A stretch of 48,138 nucleotides of DNA from Micrococcales bacterium (GCA_024641605.1 JAHECT010000001.1:1-48138); one strand, 5' to 3'; shown: positions 1 to 14,453, counted from the stretch's first letter. Numbers and translations: made by a program. Notes: generated by a model not told the origin, from the letters alone.

Positions 1-1
1 G

Positions 2-658
2 TCACCAGCCGCGGGACCGCCACTCGTCGAGGGCCGGCCGTTCCGCGCCGAGCGTCGTGTCCGCTCCGTGCCCGGGGTAGACCCACGTCTCGTCCGGGAG
101 CCGGTCGAAGATCCGCCGCACGACGCCGTCGTAGAGCGAGGCGAACCGGACCGGGTCCTGCCAGGTGTTGCCGACGCCTCCCGGGAAGAGGCAGTCGCCC
201 GTGAAGATGTGCGGCGGGCCCGACGGGTCGTCGTAGAGCAGCGCGACGGACCCGACCGTGTGTCCCACCAGGTGGATCGCCTCGAGCTCGGCCTGGCCCA
301 CCCGCACCCTGGCTCCGTCCACGATCCGTTCGTCCACGGGGACCGCGATGTCATCGGCGTCGTCGACGTGCGCGATGACGCGCGCCCCGGTGGCGGCGAC
401 CACGTCGGCGAGCGCGGCCCAGTGGTCGCGGTGCGCATGGGTCGTGACGACAGCATCGATCCCGTCGTCGCCGATGAGCTCGAGGAGGCGGTCCGGTTCC
501 GCGGCGGCGTCGATGAGCACCTGGCGGCCTGAGCGCGTGCACCTGAGGAGGTAGCAGTTGTTGTCGAACCCGCCCACCGCGAGCTTGCTGATGGTGAGCC
601 CCGGGAGCTCGCGGACGTCGGCGCGCCCGCCCACGGACACATGACCGGTGTACGTCAT
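2..658 (-). CDS. MBL-fold metallo-hydrolase (glyoxalase II-like)
   Basis: 218 aa with the metal-binding motifs THAHRDH, GHT, FTGDCLF and YPGHG. This gene commonly lies upstream of and divergent from uvrA in actinomycetes. Confidence 0.9.
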   Translation of the reverse strand: MTYTGHVSVGGRADVRELPGLTISKLAVGGFDNNCYLLRCTRSGRQVLIDAAAEPDRLLELIGDDGIDAVVTTHAHRDHWAALADVVAATGARVIAHVDDADDIAVPVDERIVDGARVRVGQAELEAIHLVGHTVGSVALLYDDPSGPPHIFTGDCLFPGGVGNTWQDPVRFASLYDGVVRRIFDRLPDETWVYPGHGADTTLGAERPALDEWRSRGW

Positions 659-689
659 GGCTCCATCCTGGCCCGGCTGCGGCCGGCGG

Positions 690-1361
690 TCACCAGGGTC
701 CCGGATCTCCGGCCGGCCCCCCGTCGGCCGAGGTGATCCGCGGGTCGTTGCTGCGCCCGAGGCGCCAAGCCAGGACGAGCGACGCCGGCCCCCGAACCTC
801 TGCGGGACCGACCCGGGCCTCGACGAAGGAGGCCATCCGCTCGACGAAGTCCTCGGGCCAGTCCTCGGGTCCGAAGCCGGTGAGCCCGAGGTCCACGTGA
901 TGGATGCTCACCTCCCGCAGGCGTGCCCACGGCAGCTCGGACGCCGGGACGTCCGGCGTCGTCCCGGCGGGCTGGGCCCCGAAGAGCACCAGCCTGTCCT
1001 GGCCCGCCCCCGGGAGGGTCAGGAGGCGGTCGAAGGCGGCGCTGAGGCGGGCACCAGCGGAGCGCACGTCGTCCACGAGCTCCGCGGCCGGGCGGCCGGC
1101 CCCGGCCTCGATGTCCGCCTCCCGGGACTCCACCGAGGCGTACATGGGGGTCGGCACCCCCGTCTCGGCCCAGTCCACCAGGCGGACCATCCCGTCGGCG
1201 TTGCGGGCCAGGTGGGTCAGGACGTGGCCGACGCTCCAGCCGGGCAGCAGCGACGGGCCCCGGGCGGTGCGGTCGTCGAGACCGGTCAGGGTGTCGAGGA
1301 GCCGGTCGGTCGCGGCTCGGGCGGCGGCGACGTCCCGGACGGGGTCGAGGTGCTCGCTCAT
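690..1361 (-). CDS. Maleylpyruvate isomerase family mycothiol-dependent enzyme (DinB superfamily)
   Basis: Motifs [22 protein letters not shown] and [16 protein letters not shown] lies 6 nt upstream of the ATG. Confidence 0.88.
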   Translation of the reverse strand: MSEHLDPVRDVAAARAATDRLLDTLTGLDDRTARGPSLLPGWSVGHVLTHLARNADGMVRLVDWAETGVPTPMYASVESREADIEAGAGRPAAELVDDVRSAGARLSAAFDRLLTLPGAGQDRLVLFGAQPAGTTPDVPASELPWARLREVSIHHVDLGLTGFGPEDWPEDFVERMASFVEARVGPAEVRGPASLVLAWRLGRSNDPRITSADGGPAGDPGPW

Positions 1362-1400
1362 GCGCCGAGGCTAGCCCCGGCCGGTGTCCGGGAATGTGGC

Positions 1401-1422
1401 TGTCACCGGTCCTGGTTAGCCT
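1401..1422 (+). promoter_or_regulatory. RecA-NDp / PafBC-type DNA-damage promoter of uvrA
   Basis: TGTCAC(1401-1406)-N10-TAGCCT(1417-1422) matches the TGTCRG-N10-TANNNT architecture with one mismatch. Confidence 0.65.
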
Positions 1423-1487
1423 GGACCGCGGCCCGTGCGCCCTCGCGGCGGCTGGGCGGCTCGCCCCCTCGAGAACAGGAACCCAGC

Positions 1488-4412
<2,925 letters not shown>

Positions 4413-4435
4413 GCACCGGCCAAGGAGGCAGGGAC

Positions 4436-4900
4436 ATGACCGACAACATCGATGAGGCCCTGCCCCGACGGCGACTGCTGGCCGGCGCCGGCGTGGTCGT
4501 GGCCGCGGCCGCGGTGACGGCCGCCTGCGGGTCTTCGGACGCACCGGCGCCGGAGGGCTCGGGAACCGACGCTTCGTCGTCGTCCCCGGGCGACGCAGGC
4601 TCCGGTTCGGCGGGCGAGGTCGTGGGCGCGCTGGGCGACGTGCCGGTCGGCGGTGGCGTGGTCCTCAAGGACCGCAAGATCGTGCTGACGCAACCGGCGG
4701 AAGGGGACCTCCGCGCCTACACCGCCGTCTGCACCCATCAGGGATGCCTGGTGGCCTCCGTCGCCGACAACGTCATCACGTGCCCGTGCCACAACAGCCA
4801 GTTCTCGGCCGAGGACGGCGGGGTGATCCAGGGCCCGGCCGTCACGGGCCTGGCGCCGGTGAACGTCTCGGTGTCCGGGGACCAGATCACCCTCGCCTGA
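4436..4900 (+). CDS. Rieske (2Fe-2S) protein, predicted Tat-exported lipoprotein
   Basis: AAGGAGG RBS before ATG 4436. Twin-arginine RRRLL, hydrophobic stretch, lipobox-like TAAC, Ser/Pro/Gly linker, Rieske ligands CTHQGC and CPCH. Confidence 0.9.
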   Translation: MTDNIDEALPRRRLLAGAGVVVAAAAVTAACGSSDAPAPEGSGTDASSSSPGDAGSGSAGEVVGALGDVPVGGGVVLKDRKIVLTQPAEGDLRAYTAVCTHQGCLVASVADNVITCPCHNSQFSAEDGGVIQGPAVTGLAPVNVSVSGDQITLA

Positions 4901-4906
4901 GCACGC

Positions 4907-6847
4907 GTGGCCGATCCGTCCACCTACCGGCCGGCGCCCGGGGAGATCCCGGACGCCCCAGGCGTCTACCGGTTCCGGGACGCGCACGGTCGAGTGGTGT
5001 ACGTCGGCAAGGCCAAGAGCCTGCGGTCCCGCCTCGGCTCGTACTTCCAGGACCTCGCGGCCCTGCACCCCCGCACACAGGCGATGGTCACGACCGCGGC
5101 GTCCGTCGACTGGGTCACCGTCGGCACCGAGGTCGAGGCGCTCCAGCTGGAGTACACCTGGATCAAGGAGTTCGACCCGCGCTTCAACGTGCGCTACCGC
5201 GACGACAAGAGCTACCCGTTCCTCGCCGTCACGCTCAACGAGGAGTACCCCCGCATCACGGTGATGCGCGGGGCCAAGCGCAAGGGCGTCCGGTACTTCG
5301 GCCCCTACTCCCACGCCTGGGCGATCCGCGAGACCGTGGACCTGCTGCTGCGCGTCTTCCCGGCGCGCACGTGCAGCTCGGGGGTGTTCCGGCGGCACGG
5401 GCAGATGGGACGACCCTGCCTGCTCGGCTACATCGGGAAGTGCTCCGCGCCCTGCGTGGGCAGGGTTGACGCCGAGGAGCACCGGCGCATCGTGGAGGAC
5501 TTCGTCGCCTTTCTGTCCGGGCAGACAGCTGCCTACACGCGTCGCGTCGAGCGGGAGATGAAGGCAGCGTCCGCCGAGCTCGACTACGAGCGTGCGGCGC
5601 GGCTGCGGGACGACCTGCGCGCCCTGGAGCGGGCGCTGGAGCGCAACGCGGTGGTCCTGGGCGACGGGACCGACGCCGACGTGATCGGCCTGGCCGAGGA
5701 CGAGCTCGAGGCGGCCGTCCAGGTGTTCCACGTGCGGGGCGGTCGGGTCCGCGGTCAGCGCGGGTTCGTGGTGGACAAGGTGGAGGACGTCACGAGGGCA
5801 GACCTGGTCGAGCACCTGCTCCAGCAGCTCTACGGCGACGCCACCGAGTCCGTCCCCAAGGAGGTTCTCGTCCCCGAGCTGCCTCCCCAGGTGCCGAGCA
5901 CGGTCGAGTGGCTCTCCGGCCTGCGGGGCGCCGCAGTGGACATCCGTGTCCCGCAGCGGGGAGACAAGCGCGACCTCCTCGACACGGTGACGCGCAACGC
6001 CGGCCAGAGCCTCGTCATGCACAAGACGCGCCGCGCGGGCGACCTCACGACCCGGGGCCAGGCGCTGGCAGAGCTCCAGGATGCACTGGGACTGGCCGAG
6101 GCGCCGCTGCGGATCGAGTGCATCGACGTCTCGCACCTGCAGGGGACCGACGTCGTGGCGAGCCTCGTTGTCTTCGAGGACGGGCTGGCACGCAAGTCCG
6201 AGTACCGGCGCTTCGCGATCCGGGGGGCGGCCGGCGACGGGGTCAGCGACGACACCCGCTCCGTGGCTGAGGTGGTCACCCGACGCTTCCGCGCCCACGA
6301 CGAGGACCCCGGTGACGGGCCCGCCCCGGCGATCGACCCGACCACCGGCCGCCCGCGGACCTTCGCCTACCCCCCGCAGCTGCTCGTGGTCGACGGCGGG
6401 GCGCCGCAGGTCGAGGCGGCGCACGCGGCGCTCGTCGAGGCTGGAGCGGGCGGCATCGCCGTCGTGGGGCTGGCCAAGCGACTCGAGGAGGTCTGGCTGC
6501 CCGGCGACCCGGATCCGGTGATCCTGCCGCGGCAGAGCGAGGGGCTCTACCTCCTCCAGCGCGTCCGGGACGAGGCGCACCGCTTCGCCATCGCCTACCA
6601 GCGGCAGAAGCGCGGCAAGCGGATGGTCGAGAGCCTGCTCGACGGCGTCCCCGGGCTCGGCGAGGCGCGCAAGAAGGCCCTCCTGCGGCGATTCGGGTCC
6701 CTCAAGCGCCTGCGCGCCGCCTCGGTGGAGGAGCTCGCCTCGGTGCCGGGCATCGGACCGGCGACGGCCCAGGCCGTCGCTGACGCGCTCGCCGCGGACC
6801 GACCCGCGCCCGGGGTGAACGTGACGACGGGGGAGATCCTCGGCTGA
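4907..6847 (+). CDS. uvrC: Excinuclease ABC subunit C
   Basis: GIY-YIG domain (GVYRF...[10 protein letters not shown]), four-Cys cluster, [23 protein letters not shown] and C-terminal HhH motifs. Confidence 0.98.
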   Translation: MADPSTYRPAPGEIPDAPGVYRFRDAHGRVVYVGKAKSLRSRLGSYFQDLAALHPRTQAMVTTAASVDWVTVGTEVEALQLEYTWIKEFDPRFNVRYRDDKSYPFLAVTLNEEYPRITVMRGAKRKGVRYFGPYSHAWAIRETVDLLLRVFPARTCSSGVFRRHGQMGRPCLLGYIGKCSAPCVGRVDAEEHRRIVEDFVAFLSGQTAAYTRRVEREMKAASAELDYERAARLRDDLRALERALERNAVVLGDGTDADVIGLAEDELEAAVQVFHVRGGRVRGQRGFVVDKVEDVTRADLVEHLLQQLYGDATESVPKEVLVPELPPQVPSTVEWLSGLRGAAVDIRVPQRGDKRDLLDTVTRNAGQSLVMHKTRRAGDLTTRGQALAELQDALGLAEAPLRIECIDVSHLQGTDVVASLVVFEDGLARKSEYRRFAIRGAAGDGVSDDTRSVAEVVTRRFRAHDEDPGDGPAPAIDPTTGRPRTFAYPPQLLVVDGGAPQVEAAHAALVEAGAGGIAVVGLAKRLEEVWLPGDPDPVILPRQSEGLYLLQRVRDEAHRFAIAYQRQKRGKRMVESLLDGVPGLGEARKKALLRRFGSLKRLRAASVEELASVPGIGPATAQAVADALAADRPAPGVNVTTGEILG

Positions 6848-6909
6848 GCCGTCGGCCCGCGCCCGGACGGGTGTGGAAGGCTCATGACCCAGCACCGGGA
6901 GGAGCGACG

Positions 6910-7776
6910 TTGAGCGACTACGACTTCGAGCTCGTGCTCGTGACGGGTATGTCCGGCGCCGGGCGGTCCACCGCGGCCCGGGCGCTGGAGGACCTCGGCT
7001 GGTTCGTCGTGGACAACCTCCCTCCCGTCCTCCTGCCGGCGACCGTCGACCACATCGGCGGGCTCGGTGAGGTGCGGCGCCTCGCCGTCGTCGTCGACGT
7101 CCGGGGCGGGCGGATGTTCAGCGACCTCGAGCACGCCCTGGACGACGTCCTCGCGGGCGGCACGGATGTCCGGGTGCTGTTCCTCGAGGCCGGCGACAAC
7201 GAGCTGGTGCGCCGCTTCGAGAGCAGCCGGCGTCCGCACCCGCTCCAGGGACCGGGGGGCATCCTCGACGGTCTCTCGCGCGAGCGCGCGCTGCTGGGGG
7301 ACCTGCGCGCCCGCGCGGACCTGGTCATCGACACCTCTTCGCTCAACGTCCACGACCTCCGGCGCAAGGTCGACGCCGCCTTCGGCGGCTCGGACCGGGT
7401 CCGGCTGCGGGCCACCGTCATGTCGTTCGGCTTCAAGTACGGCATCCCCGTGGACGCGGACGTGGTCGGCGACGTCCGATTCCTGCCCAACCCGTTCTGG
7501 GTGCCCGAGCTCAAGGAGCTCACCGGCCTCGACCCGGACGTCAGCGACTACGTGACCGGGCAGGACGAGGCGCGGGAGTTCCTCGACCGGATGGCCGGCA
7601 TGCTCGACCTCGTCAGCGACGGGTACCTGCGGGAGGGCAAGCGCTACGTGACCGTCGCGATCGGCTGCACGGGAGGCAAGCACCGCAGCGTGGCCATGGC
7701 CGAGAACCTCGCGGCGCGCTTGGTCAAGCACGGCGTCGAGGTTCTCGTCGTGCACCGCGACCTGGGCCGGGAGTGA
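6910..7776 (+). CDS. rapZ: RNase adapter RapZ / YvcJ family P-loop protein
   Basis: VTGMSGAGRS P-loop, DNLP, RRPHPL, SFGFKYG, DVRFLPNP and GCTGGKHRS. TTG start at 6910 chosen because of the GGGAGGAG RBS. Confidence 0.95.
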   Translation: MSDYDFELVLVTGMSGAGRSTAARALEDLGWFVVDNLPPVLLPATVDHIGGLGEVRRLAVVVDVRGGRMFSDLEHALDDVLAGGTDVRVLFLEAGDNELVRRFESSRRPHPLQGPGGILDGLSRERALLGDLRARADLVIDTSSLNVHDLRRKVDAAFGGSDRVRLRATVMSFGFKYGIPVDADVVGDVRFLPNPFWVPELKELTGLDPDVSDYVTGQDEAREFLDRMAGMLDLVSDGYLREGKRYVTVAIGCTGGKHRSVAMAENLAARLVKHGVEVLVVHRDLGRE

Positions 7777-8750
7777 GCGGCCCGGCGCCGGTCCGCCGGG
7801 GTCCGGCCGTGACCGGCCCCCGTGTCGTGGCCCTCGGCGGCGGCCACGGACTGGCGGCGACCCTGCGGGCGCTGCGGCGGGTGACCGACGACGTCACGGC
7901 CGTCGTGGCCGTCTCGGACGACGGCGGTTCGAGCGGACGGCTCCGCCGCGAGTTCGGCGTGGTGCCCCCCGGCGACCTGCGCATGGCCCTGGCCGCCCTC
8001 TGCGGGGACGACTCGTGGGGGCGCACCTGGAGCCGGGTCGTGCAGCACCGCTTCTCCGGGACGGGCGAGCTCGCAGGGCACTCCGTGGGCAACCTGCTCA
8101 TCACGGCGCTGTGGGAGGAGACCGGCGACATCGTGACCGGCCTCGACTGGGTGGGCGCGCTGCTCGGGGCGCACGGACGCGTGCTCCCGGTCTCGACGAC
8201 TCCGCTGCAGGTGGTCGCCCGGGTGTCCGGCCTGGACCGCGGCCACCCCGACCGGGTCGAGCGCGTGGTCGGACAGGTGGAGGTGGCGACCACGACCGGG
8301 ACGGTGGTCGACGTGGGTCTCGAGCCCGCCGACGCCCGTGCGTGCCCGGAGGCGCTGGAGGCGATTCGCCAGGCGGACGCCGTCGTCCTGGGTCCGGGAT
8401 CCTGGTACACGAGCGTGCTCGCACCGCTGCTGGTCCCGGGCATCGCCGAGGCCGTCATGGAGACCGCTGGCAGGGTCGTCGTGGTCCTCAACCTGGCGGC
8501 CCAGCCGGGGGAGACGAGCGGGTTCCTCGCCCACCACCACCTCGAGGTGCTGGCGTCGCGACTGCCGCATCTGCGCGTCGACACGGTCCTCGCCGACCCC
8601 GCAGTGGTGGGGGACGTGCCCGCTCTCGCCGCCGCCGCCGCCGACGTCGGTGGGCGCCTCGTCCTCGCGCCCGTGGCCGAACGCGAGGACTCGGCCCGGC
8701 ACGACGTCGACCTGCTCGCCTCGGCCCTCGGCGGCGTGCTCGGTCGTTGA
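7773..8750 (+). CDS. yvcK: UDP-GlcNAc-binding gluconeogenesis factor YvcK/GlmR (CuvA)
   Basis: GGGHG, DDGGSSG, PPGDLR, GHSVGNL and LGPGSWYTS; lies in rapZ-yvcK-whiA synteny. Confidence 0.95.
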   Translation: MSGPAPVRRGPAVTGPRVVALGGGHGLAATLRALRRVTDDVTAVVAVSDDGGSSGRLRREFGVVPPGDLRMALAALCGDDSWGRTWSRVVQHRFSGTGELAGHSVGNLLITALWEETGDIVTGLDWVGALLGAHGRVLPVSTTPLQVVARVSGLDRGHPDRVERVVGQVEVATTTGTVVDVGLEPADARACPEALEAIRQADAVVLGPGSWYTSVLAPLLVPGIAEAVMETAGRVVVVLNLAAQPGETSGFLAHHHLEVLASRLPHLRVDTVLADPAVVGDVPALAAAAADVGGRLVLAPVAEREDSARHDVDLLASALGGVLGR

Positions 8751-8792
8751 GCCGGTGTGAGGGTTGTTGACGAGGGTGGCAGGATTCCCCGC

Positions 8793-9776
8793 ATGGCGAT
8801 GACGGCGTCGGTCAAGGACGAGCTCTCTCGTCTCACGGTCACCAAGCCGTGCTGCCGCAAGGCGGAGGTCTCCTCGATCCTGCGGTTCGCCTCGGGCCTG
8901 CACATCGTGGCCGGACGGATCGTGATCGAGGCCGAGCTCGACACCGGGTCCGCCGCGCGGCGGCTGCGCAAGGACATCGCCGACGTGTACGGCCACACCA
9001 GCGAGATGACCGTCGTGCAGCCCACGGGGCTGCGCAAGGGCAACCGCTACCTGGTCCGGGTCCACGCCGACGGGGAACAGCTGGCGCGCCAGACCGGGCT
9101 CGTGGACGCCTCGGGTCGCCCGGCGCGCGGACTCCCGACCGCCATCGTCAACGGCCCGCTGTGCGACTCGGAGGCAGCCTGGCGAGGCGCCTTCCTGGCC
9201 CACGGCTCGCTGACCGAGCCGGGTCGTTCGTCCTCCCTGGAGGTGACCTGCCCCGGACCGGAGGCGGCGCTCGCCCTGGCCGGGGCGGCGCGACGGCTCG
9301 GCATCGCCGCCAAGCCGCGCGAGGTGCGCGGCGTCGACCGGGTCGTGATCCGCGACGGCGACGCGATCGCGGCCCTGCTCACCCGGCTCGGTGCGCACGA
9401 GTCGGTCCTGGCCTGGGAGGAGCGGCGCATGCGCCGCGAGGTGCGGGCGACCGCCAACCGGCTGGCCAACTTCGACGACGCCAACCTGCGCCGGTCCGCC
9501 CGCGCGGCCGTGGCGGCCGGGGCGAGGGTCACGCGGGCGCTCGAGATCCTGGGCGAGGACGTCCCCGACCACCTCGCCGACGCGGGTCGGCTGCGGACCG
9601 AGCACCAGCAGGCCTCGCTCGAGGAGCTGGGCGCCCTGGCCGATCCGCCCATGACCAAGGACGCGATCGCGGGCCGGATCCGCCGGCTGCTGGCGCTCGC
9701 CGACAAGCGCGCGGCCGAGCTCGGAATCCCTGACACCGAGGCGGGGATCCCGGCCGACCTCGTCGACGCCGACTGA
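8793..9776 (+). CDS. whiA: DNA-binding cell division/sporulation regulator WhiA
   Basis: [11 protein letters not shown] start, [29 protein letters not shown] and [22 protein letters not shown] lies 7 nt upstream of the ATG. Confidence 0.97.
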   Translation: MAMTASVKDELSRLTVTKPCCRKAEVSSILRFASGLHIVAGRIVIEAELDTGSAARRLRKDIADVYGHTSEMTVVQPTGLRKGNRYLVRVHADGEQLARQTGLVDASGRPARGLPTAIVNGPLCDSEAAWRGAFLAHGSLTEPGRSSSLEVTCPGPEAALALAGAARRLGIAAKPREVRGVDRVVIRDGDAIAALLTRLGAHESVLAWEERRMRREVRATANRLANFDDANLRRSARAAVAAGARVTRALEILGEDVPDHLADAGRLRTEHQQASLEELGALADPPMTKDAIAGRIRRLLALADKRAAELGIPDTEAGIPADLVDAD

Positions 9777-9930
9777 TCCCTGTGTGCCTACTCACGGGTA
9801 GTCGGAGCGGGCCGCAACCGCTTACCCCCGTCCGCTAGGGTCGTCCTGCGACGCAGGCACGGACGTGCCGCGCGACCCGAAGAGCCGGCGACGATGCCGG
9901 CTGCCGTCTCTCGACCAAGGCGAGGACTGA

Positions 9931-10941
<1,011 letters not shown>

Positions 10942-10955
10942 GCCGGATCCGCGAC

Positions 10956-12158
10956 GTGCAGACGATCGACGACCTCGACGTCGCCGGTCGCCGCGTCCTC
11001 GTGCGGGCGGACTTCAACGTCCCGCTCGAGGACGCCGGCGACGGGACCCGGCGGATCACCGACGACGGACGTATCCGCGCGGCGCTGCCCACCATCGCGG
11101 CGCTCCGCGAGCGTGGAGCTCGTGTGGTGCTGGTCGCGCACCTCGGCCGACCCAAGGGGGAGGTCAGGTCCGAGCTGTCCCTCGCGCCCGTCGCAGCCCG
11201 GCTGAGCGAGCTGCTCGGCGCGCCGGTCGCCTTCGCCGCGGACGTGACCGGGTCCGACGCCCGGGCGGTCGTCGAGGGCCTGGGCGACGGTGAGGTCGCC
11301 CTGCTCGAGAACGTCCGGTTCGACGCTCGGGAGACGTCGAAGGACCAGGCCGAGCGAGCCACCCTCGCCGCCGAACTCGCCGCCCTCGCGGACCTGTTCG
11401 TGAGCGAGGGCTTCGGCGTCGTGCACCGGGAGCAGGCGAGCGTCACCGACGTCGCCGCGCTCCTGCCCAACGCCGCAGGTCGACTGGTGCTGGCCGAGGT
11501 CGAGGTCTTCCGCAAGGTGCTCTCCGACCCGGACCGCCCCTACGCCGTCGTGCTCGGCGGCTCGAAGGTCTCCGACAAGCTGGGCGTGATCACCAATCTG
11601 CTCGGCTCCGTGGACCGGCTGCTCATCGGGGGCGGCATGTGCTTCACGTTCCTGGCCGCGCTCGGCAAGGGGGTCGGGTCCTCTCTCCTCGAGGCCGATC
11701 AGGTGGAGACGGTGCGCGGCCTCGTCGCGCAGGCGGAGCAGCGCGGGGTGGACCTGGTGCTCCCGGTCGACGTCGTCGTCGCCACCGCATTCTCCGCCGA
11801 CGCCGAGCACAAGGTCGTCACGACCGACGACATCGAGGACGGATGGATGGGCCTGGACATCGGCCCGAACTCCCGCCGACTCTTCGCCGACACGCTGGCG
11901 GACTGCCGCACGGTCGTCTGGAACGGGCCCATGGGCGTGTTCGAGATGGCTCCCTACGCCGAGGGGACCCGCGCGGTGGCAGAGGCCATCACCCGGGTGG
12001 AGGGCCTGACCGTGGTGGGCGGTGGCGACTCGGCCGCCGCTGTCCGGCTGCTCGGCGTCGACGAGAACGGCTTCTCCCACATCTCCACCGGTGGTGGCGC
12101 GTCCCTCGAGTTCCTCGAGGGACGGGTCCTCCCCGGCATCGCGGTCCTGGAGGACTGA
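10956..12158 (+). CDS. pgk: Phosphoglycerate kinase
   Basis: [34 protein letters not shown] and STGGGASLE; GTG start at 10956. Confidence 0.97.
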   Translation: MQTIDDLDVAGRRVLVRADFNVPLEDAGDGTRRITDDGRIRAALPTIAALRERGARVVLVAHLGRPKGEVRSELSLAPVAARLSELLGAPVAFAADVTGSDARAVVEGLGDGEVALLENVRFDARETSKDQAERATLAAELAALADLFVSEGFGVVHREQASVTDVAALLPNAAGRLVLAEVEVFRKVLSDPDRPYAVVLGGSKVSDKLGVITNLLGSVDRLLIGGGMCFTFLAALGKGVGSSLLEADQVETVRGLVAQAEQRGVDLVLPVDVVVATAFSADAEHKVVTTDDIEDGWMGLDIGPNSRRLFADTLADCRTVVWNGPMGVFEMAPYAEGTRAVAEAITRVEGLTVVGGGDSAAAVRLLGVDENGFSHISTGGGASLEFLEGRVLPGIAVLED

Positions 12159-12955
12159 TGAGCTCTGCTCGGCTCCCGCTCATGGCGGGCAACTGGAAGA
12201 TGAACCTCAACCACCTCGAGGCGATCGCGGTGGTCCAGAAGCTCGCCTTCGCGCTCACCGACGCCGATCTCGAGGCCTGCGAGGTGGCGGTCCTCCCGCC
12301 CTACACCGACATCCGCTCGGTCCAGACCCTCGTCGACGCGGACCGGCTCGCGCTGCGCTACGGCGCCCAGGACGTGTCCCGCCAAGACAAGGGAGCCTTC
12401 ACCGGCGAGGTCAGCGGAGCCATGCTGGCCAAGCTCGGCTGCAGCTTCGTCGTCGTGGGTCACAGCGAGCGTCGCGAGTACCACGCCGAGGACGACGCCG
12501 TCGTCGCGGCCAAGGCCGCGGCCGCCTACCGTCACGGGCTGACCCCGATCGTCTGCGTCGGGGAGGGGCTCGAGGTCCGTCAGGCGGGCACCCACGTCGA
12601 GCACACGCTGGCGCAGGTGACGGGCTCGCTGGCCGGGATCACGGCCGAGCAGGCCCGGTCGGTCGTCATCGCGTACGAGCCCGTGTGGGCCATCGGGACC
12701 GGCGAGGTGGCCACACCCGATGACGCTCAGGAGGTGTGTGCGGCGATCCGCACGAGGCTGGCCGAGCTCTACTCCGGCGATCTCGCGGACGGGGTCCGAG
12801 TGCTCTACGGCGGCTCCGTGAAGGCCTCGAACGTGGCCTCGATCATGGCCCAACCCGACGTCGACGGCGCCCTCGTCGGGGGTGCGAGCCTGGACCCCGA
12901 CGAATTCGTCGCCATCTGCCGGTTCCGCCTGCACCCCGCCGAGGGCACCGTCTGA
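12158..12955 (+). CDS. tpiA: Triosephosphate isomerase
   Basis: [29 protein letters not shown] and LVGGAS; TGATG overlap with pgk. Confidence 0.98.
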   Translation: MSSARLPLMAGNWKMNLNHLEAIAVVQKLAFALTDADLEACEVAVLPPYTDIRSVQTLVDADRLALRYGAQDVSRQDKGAFTGEVSGAMLAKLGCSFVVVGHSERREYHAEDDAVVAAKAAAAYRHGLTPIVCVGEGLEVRQAGTHVEHTLAQVTGSLAGITAEQARSVVIAYEPVWAIGTGEVATPDDAQEVCAAIRTRLAELYSGDLADGVRVLYGGSVKASNVASIMAQPDVDGALVGGASLDPDEFVAICRFRLHPAEGTV

Positions 12956-13036
12956 GCAGGGCGGCCCGACCCATCGCGTATCCTGTTCCGGCTGAGCCGG
13001 GACACCGGCCCTGAGCCCCAAGGAGAACGGCCCGCC

Positions 13037-13267
13037 ATGGTCCTCGTGTTCGAGATCCTGCTCATGATCCTGGGCGTCCTCATGGTGCTCCTCGTGCTCC
13101 TGCACAAGGGCAAGGGCGGTGGCCTCTCCGACCTCTTCGGTGGCGGGATCTCCTCCTCCCTCGGCGGTTCGAGCACGGCCGAGCGCAATCTGGACCGCAT
13201 CACCATCTACCTCGGGCTGGTGTGGGCCGCGCTGATCGTCGGGCTCAACCTCGTGCTCGGGGCCTGA
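13037..13267 (+). CDS. secG: Preprotein translocase subunit SecG
   Basis: 76 aa with two hydrophobic helices flanking HKGKGGGLSDLFGGG...ERNLDRIT; AAGGAGA RBS; follows tpiA. Confidence 0.95.
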   Translation: MVLVFEILLMILGVLMVLLVLLHKGKGGGLSDLFGGGISSSLGGSSTAERNLDRITIYLGLVWAALIVGLNLVLGA

Positions 13268-13295
13268 GCGTCACTCTTCGAGAAAGGCGTCATCC

Positions 13296-13628
13296 GTGGG
13301 CAGTGGCAGCGCGATCCGTGGCAGCCGTGTGGGCGCCGGACCGATGGGGGAGGCCGAGCGCGGCGACGCCGCCCCGCGGCACCGGGTGAGCTTCTACTGC
13401 GCCGGAGGCCACGAGACGCGTCCCAGCTTCGCGACCGAGGCGGCCGTTCCCGAGACCTGGGACTGCCCTCGGTGCGGGCTGCCGGCGGGCCAGGACCGCG
13501 ACAACCCCCCCGCTCCGCCCAAGATCGAGCCCTACAAGACGCACCTCGCGTACGTGAAGGAGCGTCGCAGCGACGCCGACGGCGAGGCCATTCTCAACGA
13601 GGCGATCGCCAAGCTCCACGGCAACTAG
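13296..13628 (+). CDS. rbpA: RNA polymerase-binding protein RbpA family
   Basis: AIRGSRVG, YC..GH and WDCPRCG zinc-binding pattern, KPY-like IEPYKTHLAYVKERRS. This is the secG-adjacent paralog type. Confidence 0.92.
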   Translation: MGSGSAIRGSRVGAGPMGEAERGDAAPRHRVSFYCAGGHETRPSFATEAAVPETWDCPRCGLPAGQDRDNPPAPPKIEPYKTHLAYVKERRSDADGEAILNEAIAKLHGN

Positions 13629-13644
13629 CCCGCCGCGACCCCTG

Positions 13645-13670
13645 GACGGCCCCGCCTCGGCGGGGCCGTC
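13645..13670. terminator. Bidirectional hairpin terminator between convergent rbpA and pgl
   Basis: Perfect inverted repeat GACGGCCCCGCC-TC-GGCGGGGCCGTC; no U-tract, as is common in actinomycetes. Confidence 0.75.
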
Positions 13671-13676
13671 GGCATC

Positions 13677-14453
13677 TCACGGGCTGGCGATGCGCCTCAG
13701 GTCCGGAGGCAGCGCCGACGCGGCCGCCTCGTCCAGCAGGTAGACCGTGCGCTCGCGCCCGCGCGCACCGGCGGCCGGGACCTGGACCGGACCGGCGCCG
13801 GAGAGCGCCAGCCGGACCGCGGCCGCCTTGGCCGGGCCGGCGGCGATGATCCAGATCTCCCGAGCGGCGCACAGCGCCGGGAGGGTGAGCGAGACCCGGG
13901 TCGGAGGCGGCTTGGGGGACCCGTGCACGCCGACGACGGTGCGCTCGGACTCCCGCACACCGGGGGACTGGGGGAAGAGGCTGGCGACGTGGGCGTCCGG
14001 GCCGATGCCGAGCAGACAGACGTCGAAGGACGGGACGTCCGCGTGGTCCTCGGTACGGGCGTGGCGCCTCAGCTCCTCCGCGTAGGCGGCCGCAGCGGAC
14101 TCCGCATCACGGCCGGGGGCCGCCGCCGGGATGGCGTGGATCTTGGCCGGGTCCAGCGGGACGTGGTCCAGCAGCGCCTCGCGGGCCTGTCGTTCGTTGC
14201 GGTCGGGGTCGTCGGCGGGGACGAACCGGTCGTCGCCCCACCACAGGTGCAGGGCCGACCAGTCGATCGAGTCGCGCGAGGGCGAGCGGCGCAGGGCCTC
14301 CAGGCAGCCCGCTCCGAGAGTCCCGCCGGTGAGGGCGACGTGCGCTGTCCCGCTCGACGCCTGCACCTCGACCAGGGTCGTGACGAGCCGCGCGGCGATG
14401 GCGGCCGCCACTGCAGGGGCGTCGCGGTGGACCAGGACCTCCGGAACGCTCAC
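13677..14453 (-). CDS. pgl: 6-phosphogluconolactonase
   Basis: ALTGG, WWGDDRFV, LLGIGPDAHVASLFP, SPKPPPTRVSLT; GTGA overlap with the opcA stop. Confidence 0.95.
   Translation of the reverse strand: MSVPEVLVHRDAPAVAAAIAARLVTTLVEVQASSGTAHVALTGGTLGAGCLEALRRSPSRDSIDWSALHLWWGDDRFVPADDPDRNERQAREALLDHVPLDPAKIHAIPAAAPGRDAESAAAAYAEELRRHARTEDHADVPSFDVCLLGIGPDAHVASLFPQSPGVRESERTVVGVHGSPKPPPTRVSLTLPALCAAREIWIIAAGPAKAAAVRLALSGAGPVQVPAAGARGRERTVYLLDEAAASALPPDLRRIASP

Noticed and set aside
648-1487. 280-aa N-terminal extension of UvrA in the ORF track (apparent fusion)
   Set aside because: It is the antisense of the genuine 690-1361 gene. The UvrA family N-terminus and a promoter motif point to GTG 1488.
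1462-1487. GAAC-containing stretch before uvrA as a LexA box
   Set aside because: GAACAGGAACCC lacks the GTTC half-site of the actinobacterial SOS box.
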